From: Leucoraja ocellata
Lineage: Eukaryota
DNA: 64,000 bases
Assembly (NCBI GenBank): GCA_036785375.1
Contig: JAWMAR010000053.1
Coordinates: forward strand, 4,464,001-4,528,000
Direction of reading: 5' to 3'
Position numbers and translations under genes: made by a program. Of the stretch, positions 25,587-39,857 are shown in pieces. Under the pieces are notes generated by a model. That model searched no databases, was not told the origin of the DNA, and saw nothing but the letters and a program-made list of their open reading frames with translations. How positions within the stretch are numbered: position 1 is the stretch's first letter; every line of letters begins with the position of its first letter.

Positions 25587-26289
25587 GTACACATACAGAT
25601 TTCAGGCTTGCAATAACTTAGTTCACAAAGCAACTTTTTCACAGTTAGAATGAAAATAATTTGTACCTTTCATGCTGAATCTTCAAATCCTGTATTCAAT
25701 GTGAAATTCATATGTTGAGTTCATTGGAGCGGATCACAACAGTTCTGACAAGAATCCCTGCCTTCCCGTTAGATCCTGCTGTAATTTGGCCCAAGCACCC
25801 ATTATGGTGATGAATTGGGAGACGGTTACATTTTTGATTACATCACTTCAATTTTTTTAACTTATGTTTTCAGAGGTTCTTAATTTTTAATTTTAATCCT
25901 TAATATTAATGATGTAATTTTATTGGATTTCTAAAGCCTCTAGAAGTCAGAAACAATTTAAAAAAAATCAAAATGCCTTCTAAGGTTTTTGTAGCTGACA
26001 AAGTAGGAGTGGACCTTTGCTATCTATACAATCCTTATTTTGGAGGATAGATCTTTCTCACTGCAGCTGAGGCCATGTTGCCACTCAGACCCTGCCACGA
26101 GAAACCAGATACTTCAAGGGATTGACATTGGTCCCTCCCTACATACCAACCTAGTAACATTGGCCATAAAGAGAATTCATGAAAAAATGCCAGACAGTAG
26201 CCTAGGCTACATCTTCCCCATTATTTCTATATTTATTTATCAAAGTATTTTTTTAAATTTTGGAATTATATTTATATTTTTAAGACGTT

Positions 26290-26586
26290 TTAGATAAGTT
26301 CAGAGATACAGGGTGGAAATAGGCCCTTTGGCCCACTGAGTCCGGCTAACCAGAGATCCCCACATACTAACACTACCCTACACACACTTGGGATAATTTA
26401 CAATTTTACCAAGCCAATTAGCCTACAAACTAGGTCGGCTTTGGAGTGTGGGAGCGCCAGGAAAAAACCCACGCAGGTTACGAGGAGAACATAGAAACTA
26501 CATATAGACAGCACCTGCGGTCAGGATTGAACCTGGGTCTCAGGCACTGTAAGGCAGTAACTTTATCGCTGCACCACCAAACCGCC
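26290..26586 (-). mobile_element. V-SINE (HE1-like) with tRNA-derived head
   Basis: Same body as the 18598 copy plus B-box complement ggattgaacc near 26524. Confidence 0.75.
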
Positions 26587-27090
26587 TATTTTACTTAGTT
26601 TTACTTAATAACAATTCTAATCAATAGAACTACCCTTTTTGTTAATTTGATACAAATAAATTGGGGAAAAAAAACCCTTCAAGATTTGTACAGAGGGTTT
26701 TGATGAAGGTTTCTGAGTAAATCATAAGCATATTTTTTGTTAAGGTAATAATTGCCTATTGATGTTTAAATTAATCTAAATCCAAAATAAATTTTACATT
26801 TTGTATAAGTATTACAACGTTAGTTGACACATTATATTTGAATGAAAGTGCTTTATATTTATAGAGATGGTAGCATATCTAAAATAAATTAGTAAATGTA
26901 TATTCCATTCTTTTACTTAGATCATTTGTTCTTGGTGTATTCATTATATTGTTTCTCCAGAAACAAAAACTATTTTGAACTCATTGGCTAACTGCAATGT
27001 TTTTCTTGACCTTGTATTTATATGTCAACTCTTTTTTATATGTGTGTGCTTTAAGTAAATCTTATCTTAAAACAAATATATCATTTTAAG

Positions 27091-27174
27091 TGCCAGAGGT
27101 TCCCAAAAAGCCAGTAATACCAGAAGAAAAAGCAACCATTTTTCTGCGGAAAGAAGAAGTTGCACCAATCAAAG
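27091..27174 (+). CDS. ttn: Titin PEVK exon (VPEVPKKPVIPEEKATIFLRKEEVAPIK)
   Basis: ttttaag acceptor, gtacaa donor, 84 nt. Confidence 0.92.
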
Positions 27175-28191
27175 GTACAAATCTGCAAAGATACTCATAA
27201 TATAACAATATATTTGCTTCATCATAATCTTAATACTTTTCCCAGGAACACTTGTGTGGAATTCTGTACAATCCTTTCAATTTGTATGGAAATCCTGGTC
27301 TTATCGATCTAAAATGAATCTTTAATTGTTTTCTTTCATTGTTTGTTATTTGTGTGCTTTCGTTGTTATGTACATGGAATTTCATACAATTTTAAATTAT
27401 GTATACTAAATAATCAACTTAAAGGATCTCTGCTAGTATTTATGCCTCACACAATCTTCCTCCTGCCATTTCACCATATATCGACAATATCTTCAATTCT
27501 TTCCTTCTGAGCCAGCAAATGTTTGTGGTCATCCAACATAATCACCTTAAAGTTCTACATTTTCATAATTTGTTAGTGAAGAGGTTATTTTTTTTTGGTT
27601 TAGGAGTGACTTTTTTATTCAGGGTGGTTAACTTGATTCCTCGACATCTTCTTTCTTATGTTTATTTTTAAAGCCTTAATCAAATCAGTTTATCATTTTT
27701 TTCTGGAAAAAAGAACATTGGTCAATTGCAGTTTGTTTGGCAATGGATCAGAGAGGTGAATTTCCTATTTCAAAGATGATTACGAGCAGAATGATAGATG
27801 CACAAGCATCTGTTGCACAGCATATTCCAGGTCTACTTGACTCAGCCCATTATTTTCCAAACTATTTTTCATACAGATGTGTTTCAACGAATACACCCTT
27901 GAATGAATAACATTTGAAGGAGGCTTATGTTATTATTGTAATAAAACATTGTAATTGTCAAAATCACAGTTAATAATTTGACAAGTTACACTGTCAAATT
28001 TAGATTCTAATTGATCAGGCAGATGATTTTCATTATCAGCCATACAGCAAATTAATGTTTGTATCTGAGGTCCAAATAGAATAATATTGATTTGAATCTT
28101 CTTGTGATGTATGTTTTGTGTAGACATTATTCAAATGTCTTTCATAAATGTCTTAAATTGACTTTCTCTTAAAACACAATATTTATTCAAG

Positions 28192-28275
28192 TGCCGGAGA
28201 TTTCAAAACCTGAAATATCGGAGGAAGTTGAGATATTTGCTCTTTCAAGAAAAATGGAAATCGTCACAAGAAAAG
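28192..28275 (+). CDS. ttn: Titin PEVK exon (VPEISKPEISEEVEIFALSRKMEIVTRK)
   Basis: ttcaag acceptor, gtataa donor, 84 nt. Confidence 0.85.
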
Positions 28276-28566
28276 GTATAAATGTACACAGAAACATCTC
28301 AAGAAGTCTTTGCTCTATTTTATAAATGTTCTGATATACTGATTTGAAATTAATGGATAAAATACTGATACACAAAGATCAACAGTAATTACTTCAATGA
28401 CATTAGGTGTAATATCTATGGAAATAATTTTTATGTTGTCATAAGAAGAGAGGTTAACATCAAGCATTAAATTTGTCTGTCCTGTATGTTTTATGTTATA
28501 CTTTTTAAAAATCGCTTCAATGTTAAGGATGCTATCTTTGATAAATCTTAATTATGTTCTTTCAAG

Positions 28567-28641
28567 ACTTGGAGAAGAAGCAATTTGATACAAAACCTCA
28601 GCTGGACACTAAGCTAAGAAAAGAAACTATCACAGTAACAG
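28567..28641 (+). CDS. ttn: Titin PEVK exon, diverged (DLEKKQFDTKPQLDTKLRKETITVT)
   Basis: tttcaag acceptor, gtataa donor, 75 nt. Confidence 0.72.
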
Positions 28642-30675
28642 GTATAAAAATACTTTGGAAAAATCATTCTTCCATTTTAATGCTTTTTTTTCTTTTGGGG
28701 GTCTTTTGGGTCTTGTTGATGTCAATTGGCTTCCAAAATGTTATTTGTATGGTTTTATGGTGTTGTAAATTGTGTTTTATATCTCTCTCTAATATAAGAT
28801 GTTAACTCGGAGAAATCACTATTGATTCATATTTTGCAATTACATCTTTTAACTGTGAAATTATATTGTTCAGACAAATATGATTAAAGTGAGTATTATA
28901 GATGTAAAAGCTGTTACATCATAAGAAATCAAAGTGACAGAAGCAATATCATTCATACTTCGCCATGAGCTTGCTCATTAAGATCATAACTGATTGGACA
29001 CCTAACCCACTTTTTACTTGATTTCTTCAATTCACCTAATACCTAAAATCTACCTAAGCATTGAATATATCAGCAACTGAACATCTATAACCTTATTCCT
29101 TTGTGTGAAGACATCTTTTCCACATTTCAGCTGCAAATGGCCAATCACTTGGCCTGAGACCATGCTGTACCCCCACCAAGTTCTAGACCATGCTCCATAG
29201 TTCTAGATTACACAAAATATGTTGATTGCAGGGAATGGTGGGACATGGATCTTGTGCAGGTGGATGACATTATTTAAAATTGGCATCATGTTCGATGCAG
29301 ACAAGTGGGCCAAAGGGCCTGTTCTTGTGCTATACATTTCTATGTTCTGTACAATGTGTAAGAGAAAGTGAGCAGTGGGAAAGGAATGTTAATAGTGATT
29401 GACATTTATGTTACTCTTTCCACTTCCTCAGGACATCCAGCAAAATTTGATAGCTGGTGACCTATTTCTTAAATGCAGTTATTGGAAATCGTGCCAGGAA
29501 TTTTTCTCAAACATAATTATTACATTAATTATTTGCATTGGAGTGGAGAATTAACTTCACGCGGATAACTAAGATGCAGATACCACTATAGATGGTATCA
29601 ATGACAATAAGACTGCAAAATAATTAAACATTGTTGGTTGATTTTCCCTCCAGCCCCAGACCCCAAGAATAAAAGAATGGTTAACAACTGTTATGTAAGA
29701 TTCAGCTGTAAACCGGCCCATACTCTGGTCCTTATTCTGCAACTACCCATTTCCTGACCCCCAATGTGTTTTTTTTACCCTGATCCTGACCCCAACACTA
29801 GCTCTGGTGGGACATATCCGTATTCTGGTTACACACCTTTCCCAGTGCTCAATCTCCCTTGGACATTGTATAAAAAATAGAAAAGTACAGCACAGGAACA
29901 ACATTTGGGCCACATCATGATATTACTTGTCTTGTAACAGCAAGTGATATTTATAATTGCATTACGTGCTTGCACAAGACAGAAAATGTACTCTGTGTCA
30001 TGGCAAACAAGAATCAGTGAACACCACTAGGGAGGATTCTGAAGGAATACACTATCTTTCCCAATAGTACACAACCAACCCTGCCTGTATACTTTTTTTT
30101 TGGATTGGAAATCAGTAGATAACAAGTAGTTACTGTATTTCATTCATGATTACAGGAACTAATAGTAGAATTAGGGTATAACAAAAACACGTTGTTGCTA
30201 TTCTGAAATAAAAACAGTAAAGTCTAGAAATAGTCAGCAGGTCAGGCAGCATGTGTGCAAAAAGAAGCAGAAATTTCATGTCAAAGATCCTTCATCTGTA
30301 CTTCTGATGACATTTCTTCTATCTAGAATATTAATTCTGTTTCTCTTTCCATTGATGCTGCCTGACATCCCAAATATTTCCATCATTTTCTATGTATCCT
30401 GTGTACTATATGCTCTGAGATACTGTCGACAATGGCAACAACACTGGAAAACATGTTTTGATGGTTTTCAATTAGTGACATAAGGATTTTACCTCTGCCT
30501 GACAGAATTTTCCTAGCATAGTTATAATATTACTTTTATTATTAACTGGCTTCGATATATTGTTTGAAGTATTGTGTTAGTTCTATTTGTCCCGTATGTT
30601 AAATGTCATTCTGATTTCATGAATGTTTAAATTGTTTTTTAAATGAATCTCATCCTAAAAAAATATGCTTTAAAG

Positions 30676-30747
30676 TGCAAGACATTCCTAAGAAGCCAAT
30701 GGCAGAAGAATATAAACCAAGAAAAGAAGAGATCATGACAATGCAAG
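30676..30747 (+). CDS. ttn: Titin PEVK exon (VQDIPKKPMAEEYKPRKEEIMTMQ)
   Basis: tttaaag acceptor, gtatga donor, 72 nt. Confidence 0.87.
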
Positions 30748-31683
30748 GTATGAGATGAAAGGAAGGCATCCATAGAAACTTTACACAATGAAGTGTGAAC
30801 AATTTATACTTCTCCTGATGAACTCCACACATCATAAATAGAATCTTGCTTCTTTAATTGTCGTTTGCCACATTTTGTGTATTTTTCTGTTCAGTTGCAA
30901 TGTGATGTTATTCTTTATATATGGGTGCGCTTTTTATGTTTTATTGGGGAAATGCGGTTTAAATAAATTAGTTTTTTATTTATCATTGAAGAAATACACA
31001 AAATTAACAAAAATACATAAATGACAAAATTATTATAAACTAAAGCAAAATATTAAATATTAAAAAAATTAAATGCCTTCCCCTTGTCTCTTAATCCACG
31101 GCCCACAAACCTATCTGAAATCAAGAAATCTCAGAGCTTGTGCCAGATCATAATGACAGAAGGCAGGATAGGGAACTCCCCAACATAGTGTTGTGCAATC
31201 CCAACATCTGGATCTCTACAATCATAAAGCCATCTAAACTTCACAGAGCAAAATAATACATTTGCATTCCTGCCACCCATCAAGTTTGTCAGGAATCCCT
31301 GGGATGTATAAGATGTAAGTGGACAGTTAAAACATCTTCTCACTACAGAGCCCTTATTGTTTTATGCTCAATTTTAAACTGAACATTTTAAATTCCCTAC
31401 TGGATTTTGTACTGATTTATCACCAAATTAGACCTATTTCTTCAATTTTACATACTATTAAGTTTGCCAGTGGCACATGTTCTCACTGTTCCACATAAAT
31501 CTTTACCTACTTGGTCCATAGACATTTAAATACCATGTCTTTCTAAAATAAAATGTTCGTTGATGTTGTTATGTCATTTACGCTTTGATTCTGCACTCTT
31601 GACTCTTGTTTTCAATGGTTTCAAAATTATTTATGTTTTATTGAATGAATTGCATCTTTAAACAACAACAATATTCTTCTAAG

Positions 31684-31767
31684 TGAAAGAAGCTTATACG
31701 AAGACTGTGATTGAAGAATTCCAACAAGACGTTGTTCAGGAGAGAAAAACGGCTGCTCCTGTTAAAG
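31684..31767 (+). CDS. ttn: Titin PEVK exon (VKEAYTKTVIEEFQQDVVQERKTAAPVK)
   Basis: ttctaag acceptor, gtacaa donor, 84 nt. Confidence 0.83.
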
Positions 31768-32300
31768 GTACAACATGCTTGGGATTTCTTACAGACTTTC
31801 ATGCTATATTATGAAAGTAATCCCTGCTTTCCATCTTTCTAAGTCCATCCCTAAAAATCCTAGCCATTTTTTCATTTATAATCTTGTTCAATGTGCATGT
31901 ACGCAATACATCTGATTGTATTGTATTGTTTGTACTGTCATAGAAATTATGTTAATCTAAACAAAATGTTTTGCTGTTCGTCTTACTGCTATCAGTTAAA
32001 CTTCATTAACGGGTTAATACAAAATAATATTTTATAATTTAATACAATTAATAATGATTTTTTATTTTTTTATTATTGTGGCTGAGATATTACATCATAA
32101 AATTATCCTTCTGATTATTTGATGTTTAAATTCCTAAAAAATATTCATCTAAAATGTTTTAATATGTATGTCCTGTACAAGAAAATTGCAACTATATCAA
32201 TATTGTCTGCTGTGTATGTTTCATGTTTTCTTAATTTGTACTCAAATCTGAGTCACATAAGTGATCAATAAACCTATAATGATCAATGATTATTCTTCAG

Positions 32301-32381
32301 TTCTGGAGATTCCACAGAAACCCAAACCTGAACAAGTCCAAACAGTTAAAAGTACAAGAGAAAAGACAACTCTGATAACAG
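32301..32381 (+). CDS. ttn: Titin PEVK exon (VLEIPQKPKPEQVQTVKSTREKTTLIT)
   Basis: cttcag acceptor, gtatat donor, 81 nt. Confidence 0.83.
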
Positions 32382-32775
32382 GTATATTAAAAAAATCTGT
32401 ACAAATATTTCTTAGTCTTTCCTCTTTGTGTCTTAAAATCAAGTTTTTATATAATATGGGCAATTCTTTGATCCTATCCAGAAAATTATTTAGTGCTTCT
32501 TATTTTTAACCAAACTGAAAATCAAGAGTAAACTTTCTTTCTCATGAAGATAATGATAGCAAGTATACTCTTCTCAAAAACACTTCACCAATCCTGAAGC
32601 TTGGCATTATTACTATTTACAATGATTTGCTACCTTTGATTGAACAATTATTCTGCATTTACATTGTGTTTTAGGTATACATATAGTATATGTCTTATAA
32701 GTGCCTGGATTGTTTAATTAGCTTTATTGTTATTCTTACCTGAAACTCATCTTAAATCAATAATGTTCTTTAAAG

Positions 32776-32838
32776 TGCCAGATGTTCCAAAGGAACCATT
32801 TGTTGAAGAATCATGGAAGGAAATTACACTGACCAAAG
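32776..32838 (+). CDS. ttn: Titin PEVK exon (VPDVPKEPFVEESWKEITLTK)
   Basis: tttaaag acceptor, gtatta donor, 63 nt. Confidence 0.85.
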
Positions 32839-33276
32839 GTATTAACGATATAGGAACATCCCATATAAAGCCCATAAGTTATGGGGTCCTGTTCTTTGCA
32901 TCAATTTAAAAGCAAATATAATATTTTTGTCTGCAAGTCATGATAAGATTTTACTTAAAGTGCTTCTTGTTCCAGCATGAATTTCATTAATTTGTTTCTT
33001 CATCTAACCCTACTGTGCTGCAGCGTGATAGTTAACATAGTTTATGTTTCTTATTTGTATGTACAATTCATCTTACTGTCTGTAAAAAAACTAATGTCAA
33101 GTACGATAGTTTCTATTAATCAGTAGTTATATTTATACAAGACAAAATACAATATTTTATTTTTATTTTTGTCTGTCACTCATCTTAGTTTAGACTATCA
33201 TTTTCTCAATCTTGAAATAAACTCATTCTAAAATAATCCTACTCTAAGATGATAATAATATTCTTTAAAATGTCAG

Positions 33277-33354
33277 AACTTCCAAAAGAGCCTGTTATTG
33301 AAGTGGAGAAGCAAGTTGCTGTTCCAGGAAAAGTAAAAGTTCCACCAAAAAAAG
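33277..33354 (+). CDS. ttn: Titin PEVK exon (ELPKEPVIEVEKQVAVPGKVKVPPKK); ancestral start probably 33271
   Basis: tcag acceptor, gtatat donor, 78 nt; the family-consensus acceptor position reads AA. Confidence 0.75.
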
Positions 33355-33978
33355 GTATATGCTAAAAGGAAGGATTTGAGTTAAATTCTTTTGATGCCTG
33401 ATAATGTTCTGGTCTGGCCCATGTCGCTTTGGATCATCTTTGTGCACACTTAAATCCAGTTTTCATTATCATTGTGTAGTGTCCATTTGTGTTGTGATAT
33501 ATTGTGTCTTTGTGTTATCCACGTTGTAAATGTCAATGACATATTTTGTACAATAGAGAATATATCCAATAATTTGTGGATTGGTTCTTGGTTTCTTGGT
33601 CCTCCAAAATATTCCAACTGGAATTTAAACTGGAGGTGGTGAAGGGAGGGTAAAAAATACAGATATTAGTAACTGTATTCGTCCACTTTTACATGAACAT
33701 TTTATTACATGAATAAATTGTTTTTTCATTTAACTGGAGAAATAGCACAGGATATTTTTTAATTGCATTAACACAAAAAAACAGTATACTGCATTCATAA
33801 GTAAACATGGTTTTACTTATTAATATAGGTAAGTTCTTAATTTAAAGAACATTTTCCAATAGCCTTCTGTTATGTCTAGTTTTTGTATGTTTTATTGTGG
33901 ATAAAAGTCAAATGTAAATCATTAAAGTTGTAGTTTCTTCAGCAACCCATTATTAAATGATTCTATTGTTCTTTAAAG

Positions 33979-34053
33979 TGCCAGAGGTTCCTAAGCAGAA
34001 AATTGATGAACTGAAACCAGCTACCACTCCAAAAGAGGATGCTAAACCTAAAG
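33979..34053 (+). CDS. ttn: Titin PEVK exon (VPEVPKQKIDELKPATTPKEDAKPK)
   Basis: tttaaag acceptor, gtacaa donor, 75 nt. Confidence 0.9.
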
Positions 34054-34151
34054 GTACAAGAAAACTTGGGGTTTATACAGCGTTCAGCAGTTCAATCGTG
34101 TTTATTTGTCTTATAATGCACTAGATGTAAACTGGAATAATTAAAGTCTTA

Positions 34152-34340
34152 AGGGCCTGTCCCACTTGGCCGTCATTTGCGCGTCACGCAGATGGCGTGC
34201 GAAGATTTTGTACATTACAAAATCCTGCGACGTCGCGCGCAGCTGCGCGTCACTGCCTATGTCAATGCGCACCATGAGCGCATCACGTGTGTCGTGACGC
34301 GTAAATTACACGCAAATGACGGCCAAGTGGGACAGGCCCT
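34152..34340. mobile_element. PIF/Harbinger-type MITE, CpG-rich
   Basis: 30-bp perfect TIR agggcctgtcccacttggccgtcatttgcg; flanks tta / tca. Confidence 0.85.
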
Positions 34341-34429
34341 TCACTTGCTGCAGCTTTATAGATCGGTGAACTTAAAGATAGTAATCTTAATTTCAACCCT
34401 TTTGAAGATCATTATTTTACAAATTGGCT

Positions 34430-35640
34430 GTTTTCACCTCACAAAATAGGATATTTTGGATTTACCCCAATTCAACTTTTGCAAGTTCTTGTGTAATACA
34501 ATCAAAGTTGGCATTGCCCAATTTAGAACTTTATCTTGTAGACCAACCCTGTCCTTATCCCTAATTACTTTAAAGCTAGTAAAACTGTTGCCACTGGTCC
34601 CAAATTGCTCAATAGACAATAGTCCAATAGTCCTGCCCAATTCCCTAAGAATGCCAAGTGTTGCCGTCTCCCCTGCCTGAAAAAACTTTCCTGAACACAC
34701 TTGACAAATTCCACCCCATTTATGCCCTTTACATTAATTATAGATTGGCAGTCCCAGTCTATATTGGGAAAGTTAAAATCCCCTACCATGAGAATCCTAT
34801 TAGTCTTGCAGATTAACTATTTGGGGGCTTAGGGTACAATCCCAAATAGGTGATCATCCGCTTTTTATTTCTCCCTCACTGGTTGGTCCCTCAATTATGT
34901 GATCTTGGACTACTGTTGTGATGTTCTCCTTAATCAATAAAACAATCCCCCCCCCCCCCCCCCCCCTATATTTCACCTGTAGCAGCTGTACCCTAGAGCA
35001 TTAAGCTGCCAGTTCTGAACCACTATTAGCCAGGTTTCTGTAATAGTCGCACATCGTCAGGCTTCTGTAACAGTTGGAATAGTTCAGTAAATTTCCTAGT
35101 CGCACAAACCTATCAACACCCTGAATTAATTTGCCTTACCTGTCAGGCCTCTTTTATTGAAAAAAAGTACAATTTAATCCAAACATATTTCCTCACTCCC
35201 TGTTGTTACTCCTGCCCGTCCTGTCAGTTTAACTTGCTGTCATTGATTTCTGCATTGACTTCCATTGATTTCTGCATTGACTTCCATCCTTATACCTGCC
35301 TCTCTACTGCATTGGATCACAGTTTATCTAGATACTGCTAATCTAGTTTAAACCTCATAGCACTTGCAAACCTTCCTGCTATGGTATCAGTCCCTTTCCA
35401 ATTCGGGTGCAACCAATCCATCATGTATAGGTCACATCTGCCCCAGAAGTCATCCCAGTTGTCCAAAGATCTGAACCCTGCTCCTTGCACCAGCTCCTCA
35501 TCCAGGCATTTATCTGTCTCATTCACCCTTCCTATTCCTACTCTCACTATCTTATACACTTGGAGTAGTCTAGAATAACTACGTCTGAGGTCTTGCTTTT
35601 TAACTGTATGCCTAAATCTCTATATACATGCTTCAGGACT
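34430..35640 (-). mobile_element. Degenerate CR1 5' part: ORF1 SGNH-esterase remnant and ORF2 endonuclease remnant
   Basis: GFRSLDNWDDFWGRCDLYMMDWLHPNWKGT (ORF1-like) and VGDFNFPNIDW (APE endonuclease). Confidence 0.8.
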
Positions 35641-36167
35641 CCAGCCATTTTGTTTTGGTATCTTATATAGCTTGAAAATCTTGGAATACATTCTTTCACT
35701 TAAAACATGATTGCTGAACTTATCATGGCCTTGATCGACTTTTGAAAGGAATCTCCAAAAGTATCTTGCAGCCTGACTGCATTTCTCCTTTAACGGGTTG
35801 CCAGTATGTTGTTTTTACCATAAATGTTATCAGAGCCCTTACAGGATCATGGCCACATAATTAAAGGGTAGTCATTTAAAACTGAGGTGTGTGGAAACTT
35901 CGACTTGCACAAGGTTGTGAATTCCGCACCACAGGAATGAGGTAGCTAAGTTGTTGGGGGTATTTAACAATTAAGTGGGCATTGTTTGAAAGATCAAGGA
36001 ATTAAGGATGATGGGGAATTGACAGGTAGGTAGAAATGATGCCTGGGGCACATTGACAGTGAATTACAGGGTAACCTTGTGCAGTTGAGTGGCCTATACA
36101 TCCTATTGTTTTTATTTTAATGTTATTAAATTATTCCTGAAGTCAGTAAACAACGTTCCAGCTAATA

Positions 36168-36256
36168 GACACAAAATGCTGGAGTAACTCAGTAGGCCAG
36201 GCAGCATCTCTGGAGAGAAGGAATTGGTGATGTTTCGGGTCGAGACCCTTCTATGG
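36168..36256 (-). mobile_element. Short Penelope-like element, imperfect 17-bp TSD
   Basis: caacgttccagctaata / caacgtaccagttaata flanks; same body as the 9313 copy. Confidence 0.65.
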
Positions 36257-36717
36257 CAACGTACCAGTTAATATTAATGGGAAGGAATAAAAACTAGATA
36301 CTTGAAGTGTGAAATGAAACCAAGAAGTGTAATTTCTCGGCAGATCTGGCATCATTCAGGGAGAGCGAAACAAAATGAATGTTTCAAGCATGTGAAACTT
36401 TTGTTCATTGACCTTCCATCAGCACCACCGATTTCGAGGGCTAACTACTCTCTTCTTAGATGCTACCAAACATGCCAAGTATTACCATTGTTTACTGTTT
36501 TCAAACCAGTCCTGTTGCCTTCAAAGTAATGAATGAGCACAGATTGTTCATGTCCCCTGTTCTTATTGGTTGGCTACTTTGCCCTCCAATATGTTTAATG
36601 CAGAACACTAAATGTCAAGTAGTGAATGTTGCTGTCACGTGTTAGTGCTATGTTGTTATATTCATGTATTATATTAGGACAGTTGTATTTAATCTTAAAA
36701 TCATAACTTTTCTTAAG

Positions 36718-36786
36718 TGCCCGAGGTTCCTAAGAAGCCAGTTCCTGAACCATTGAAATCAAAGAAAGAAGTTGCTCCAGAAAAAG
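36718..36786 (+). CDS. ttn: Titin PEVK 69-nt array exon 1 (VPEVPKKPVPEPLKSKKEVAPEK)
   Basis: cttaag acceptor, gtagat donor. Confidence 0.92.
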
Positions 36787-37100
36787 GTAGATAACATTTT
36801 GTGGATTAAGTACCTTGCTATTTTTCATTGTTAATTCTATTATATTCCCTTGCACGTTTTGCAGTATTTATGTGTTATAATCAATATTATAAACTCTGTT
36901 GCACAATCAAGAGTATAACAAACCTTTAGATGGACCTTAGTATGAATGTACTAAGGGGGATATAGCAGGAAAATTATTTTGTTGTTTATAGTTTTGCTGG
37001 CAATGAAAATTATGAAAATCTCTTAGAGAGATTGTTGTCAATACAATATACAATACAATATACAATTTATTTGTCACTTGAACCTCATAGAGGCTCAAAC

Positions 37101-37470
37101 ATAGAAACATAGAAATTAGGTGCAGGAGTAGGCCATTCGGCCCTTCGAGCCTGCACCACCATTCAATATGATCATGGCTGATCATCCAACTCAGTATCCC
37201 GTACCTGCCTTCTCTCCATACCCCCTGATCCCCTTAGCCACAAGGGCCACATCTAACTCCCTCTTAAATATAGCCAATGAACTGGCCTCAACTACCCTCT
37301 GTGGCAGAGAGTTCCAGAGATTCACCACTCTCTGCGTGAAAAAAGTTCTTCTCATCTCGGTTTTAAAGGATTTCCCCTTTATCCTTAAGCTGTGACCCCT
37401 TGTCCTGGACTTCCCTAACATCGGGAACAATCTTCCTGCATCTAGCCTGTCCAACCCCTTAAGAATTTTG
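37101..37470 (-). mobile_element. Young CR1 3' end nested in a minus-strand retroelement tail (37040-37530)
   Basis: Nearly identical to 3111-3480; host element has a (tattg)n tail and a 3' stem-loop. Confidence 0.9.
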
Positions 37471-38371
37471 TTTCTGCAGTCATACATACAAGAAAAAAAA
37501 GACCCAAGACACAACATAATTTACACAATTGACAATTTACAATGACTGAGTACTTATATTTATGGCTTTACTGAATTAATTCCACTAGCCAATATAAAGG
37601 TGAATGGAGATTATCAGTAAGTAAGTTAATGAAGTAAGCAGTGAACGTGACTTGTGGGATTTGAAAGAAGTTGAGACCACTTTCTGGGTTATTCTTTTTT
37701 TTTTATTGTGTTGCTTTCATGTTCTTAAAGCAATAGTTTTACCATTAGTCTCCATTGTTACTTGTTCCAACTATCTACTGATGGATATATCGAAGGCCTG
37801 CTATCTCTGTGGGTACTGCATTTATTTATTTTCCTTATCTTGCATTGCCTTAAAGGGGCTTACAATATATGCAGCAGTAAACAACGTAGCAATGAAATTT
37901 CAGTGAAAGATCAATAACTGCAGATTCCTGGAAACTGAAATTAAGACACAAAACGCTGCACATTCTCTGAAGGTCCAGCAGCATTGATGGGTAGAGAAAC
38001 CGTATTAGTATTTCAGGTTGATAGACTTGCATCATTATAGGTGAACATTCAGTTTATTATCCTGATGAAAGATTATCGACCTACGACCTTCCTCTTTTCA
38101 CAGATACTACCTAACCTGCTAAATATCCCCATAATTTTCTGGCTTTAAACCAGTTTTCCTGCAAAGTGATGAATGAGCACAAATTAATAATGTAATATCT
38201 TCTGCATGCTTATTCTCAGTAGTTAGCCAATTTTACCTCCAGTGCATTTATAGGAGAAGAGAACTAGTTAGTATTGCATTTCTATATCACATCTCTGTAT
38301 GCTATTTAACTTGTAATATTAGTACTTTTGGTTACAATAGTTGCTAATTAAAATTACAATATTTCTTGAAG

Positions 38372-38440
38372 TGCCTGAAGTTCCTAAGAAGCCAGTTCCT
38401 GAAGCATTGAAGGCAAAGAAAGAGGTTACGCCAAAAATAG
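38372..38440 (+). CDS. ttn: Titin PEVK 69-nt array exon 2 (VPEVPKKPVPEALKAKKEVTPKI)
   Basis: cttgaag acceptor, gtaggt donor. Confidence 0.9.
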
Positions 38441-39857
38441 GTAGGTTTCTTTTGTTGAATAAATTGTTTTAAATGTTTATGTGAAATAAGGACCCCGCAA
38501 CTTTTTAATTACTAATTCTGTTCTATGTCCTTGTCAATTTTCATATAATTATGTGTTATTGCTATGAACTCTATGCACAATCAGGGTGTAACAAACCTGT
38601 AGATGTGCCTGAGATTTGATAGCGAAATAAATGTCAGGATTATTTTATTGGACGGTAATGATTTGCTGGCAGTTGAGAACTCGTACAAATCACTTAGATG
38701 GATCATTGTTAACAATGATCAGGTGTTATATTTATGATTATGCCATCCTGATACATGGTCAAAATAAGAAGGGGATATCCATACTGCGTGATGAGGTTTG
38801 TTCACTCGTGACACAGTTTGAGACCCCAGTTCACATCCCATGTACGAATTTACTGTAGGACTGAACTAGAGTCTTGCTACCACAAAGAATCTGAAACAGC
38901 ACACCAAGCAAAACGTCTGCTGCCTAAACTTTTTGAGATATTCTTCGTAGTAGATCATAAGATTCATTTTGCAATGTGTTATCCAACAACATTTTTGTCA
39001 TCACGAGGAAACAGTCCTTCTCACTACCTATTAGACGGAAGTCAAATGAACGGAATTCTGTTGCCCCGAGAGAAGGTAGCAGATGTGCACAGCTGTTATT
39101 TTCCTGATTTTTTTTTTTGGAAACTGATTTTTTTTTTATAGAAACCCTTTTGAATAGTGGTATCCAGAGCCATTTTGGATGCATTGTAAGCTTCATCAGC
39201 AGGGCTCAGATCTTGATCAGCCATCCAATTCTGCACAAATCTAACAATAGAGTTTGAACCTCTTCCATACTTGGAGGGTAGCCTCTGTTGAGGGTAAAGC
39301 AGGATACCAACTTGGTGCTGAACTCCTCCATGGGTTGTAACATTGAATTCTGCCCTTATGGAATTTTTAACAGTCCACCAGACATTTGGTTATGTTCATG
39401 AATGAACCTCCTTCTGTAGTTTGGTCACCAAAGTCTTTAATCAACACCTCTGAAGCTGAACTAATGTGTGATGTTATTCTCTACATAAGCAAACACTAGC
39501 ATTGTCCTTTTCCTCCCACTGTTCTGCCCTACGCACACTTGCCTAGTGTCTCACCATGTCCAGTCCCTTCATGTATCCTCATCGAAATTCACTTCATCAA
39601 TCTCTGAGCTACAAATAACATTCATTTTTAGGCTTCTTTATCATTTCCTGTACTCAGTGTTATAGTTACCTGTTATTCTGCCAACAACCGTGGCATCGGT
39701 AGTGAATTTAAAGATACCTCTAGCTCTGCTAGAGTAAAGTGAGTAAAATATGTAGGCATGCTTTCCCTCATCTACTTAATTTTGACAACTGTTGTTATGC
39801 TGTCACACCTGCAAGAAGGAGGAATGCATTACAAGGAGAAACCATGTTTCAATTAAC

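Noticed and set aside
34947-34966. C20 run (also G16 at 54711-54726) as G-quadruplex elements
   Set aside because: Simple homopolymers with unreliable length and no supporting context
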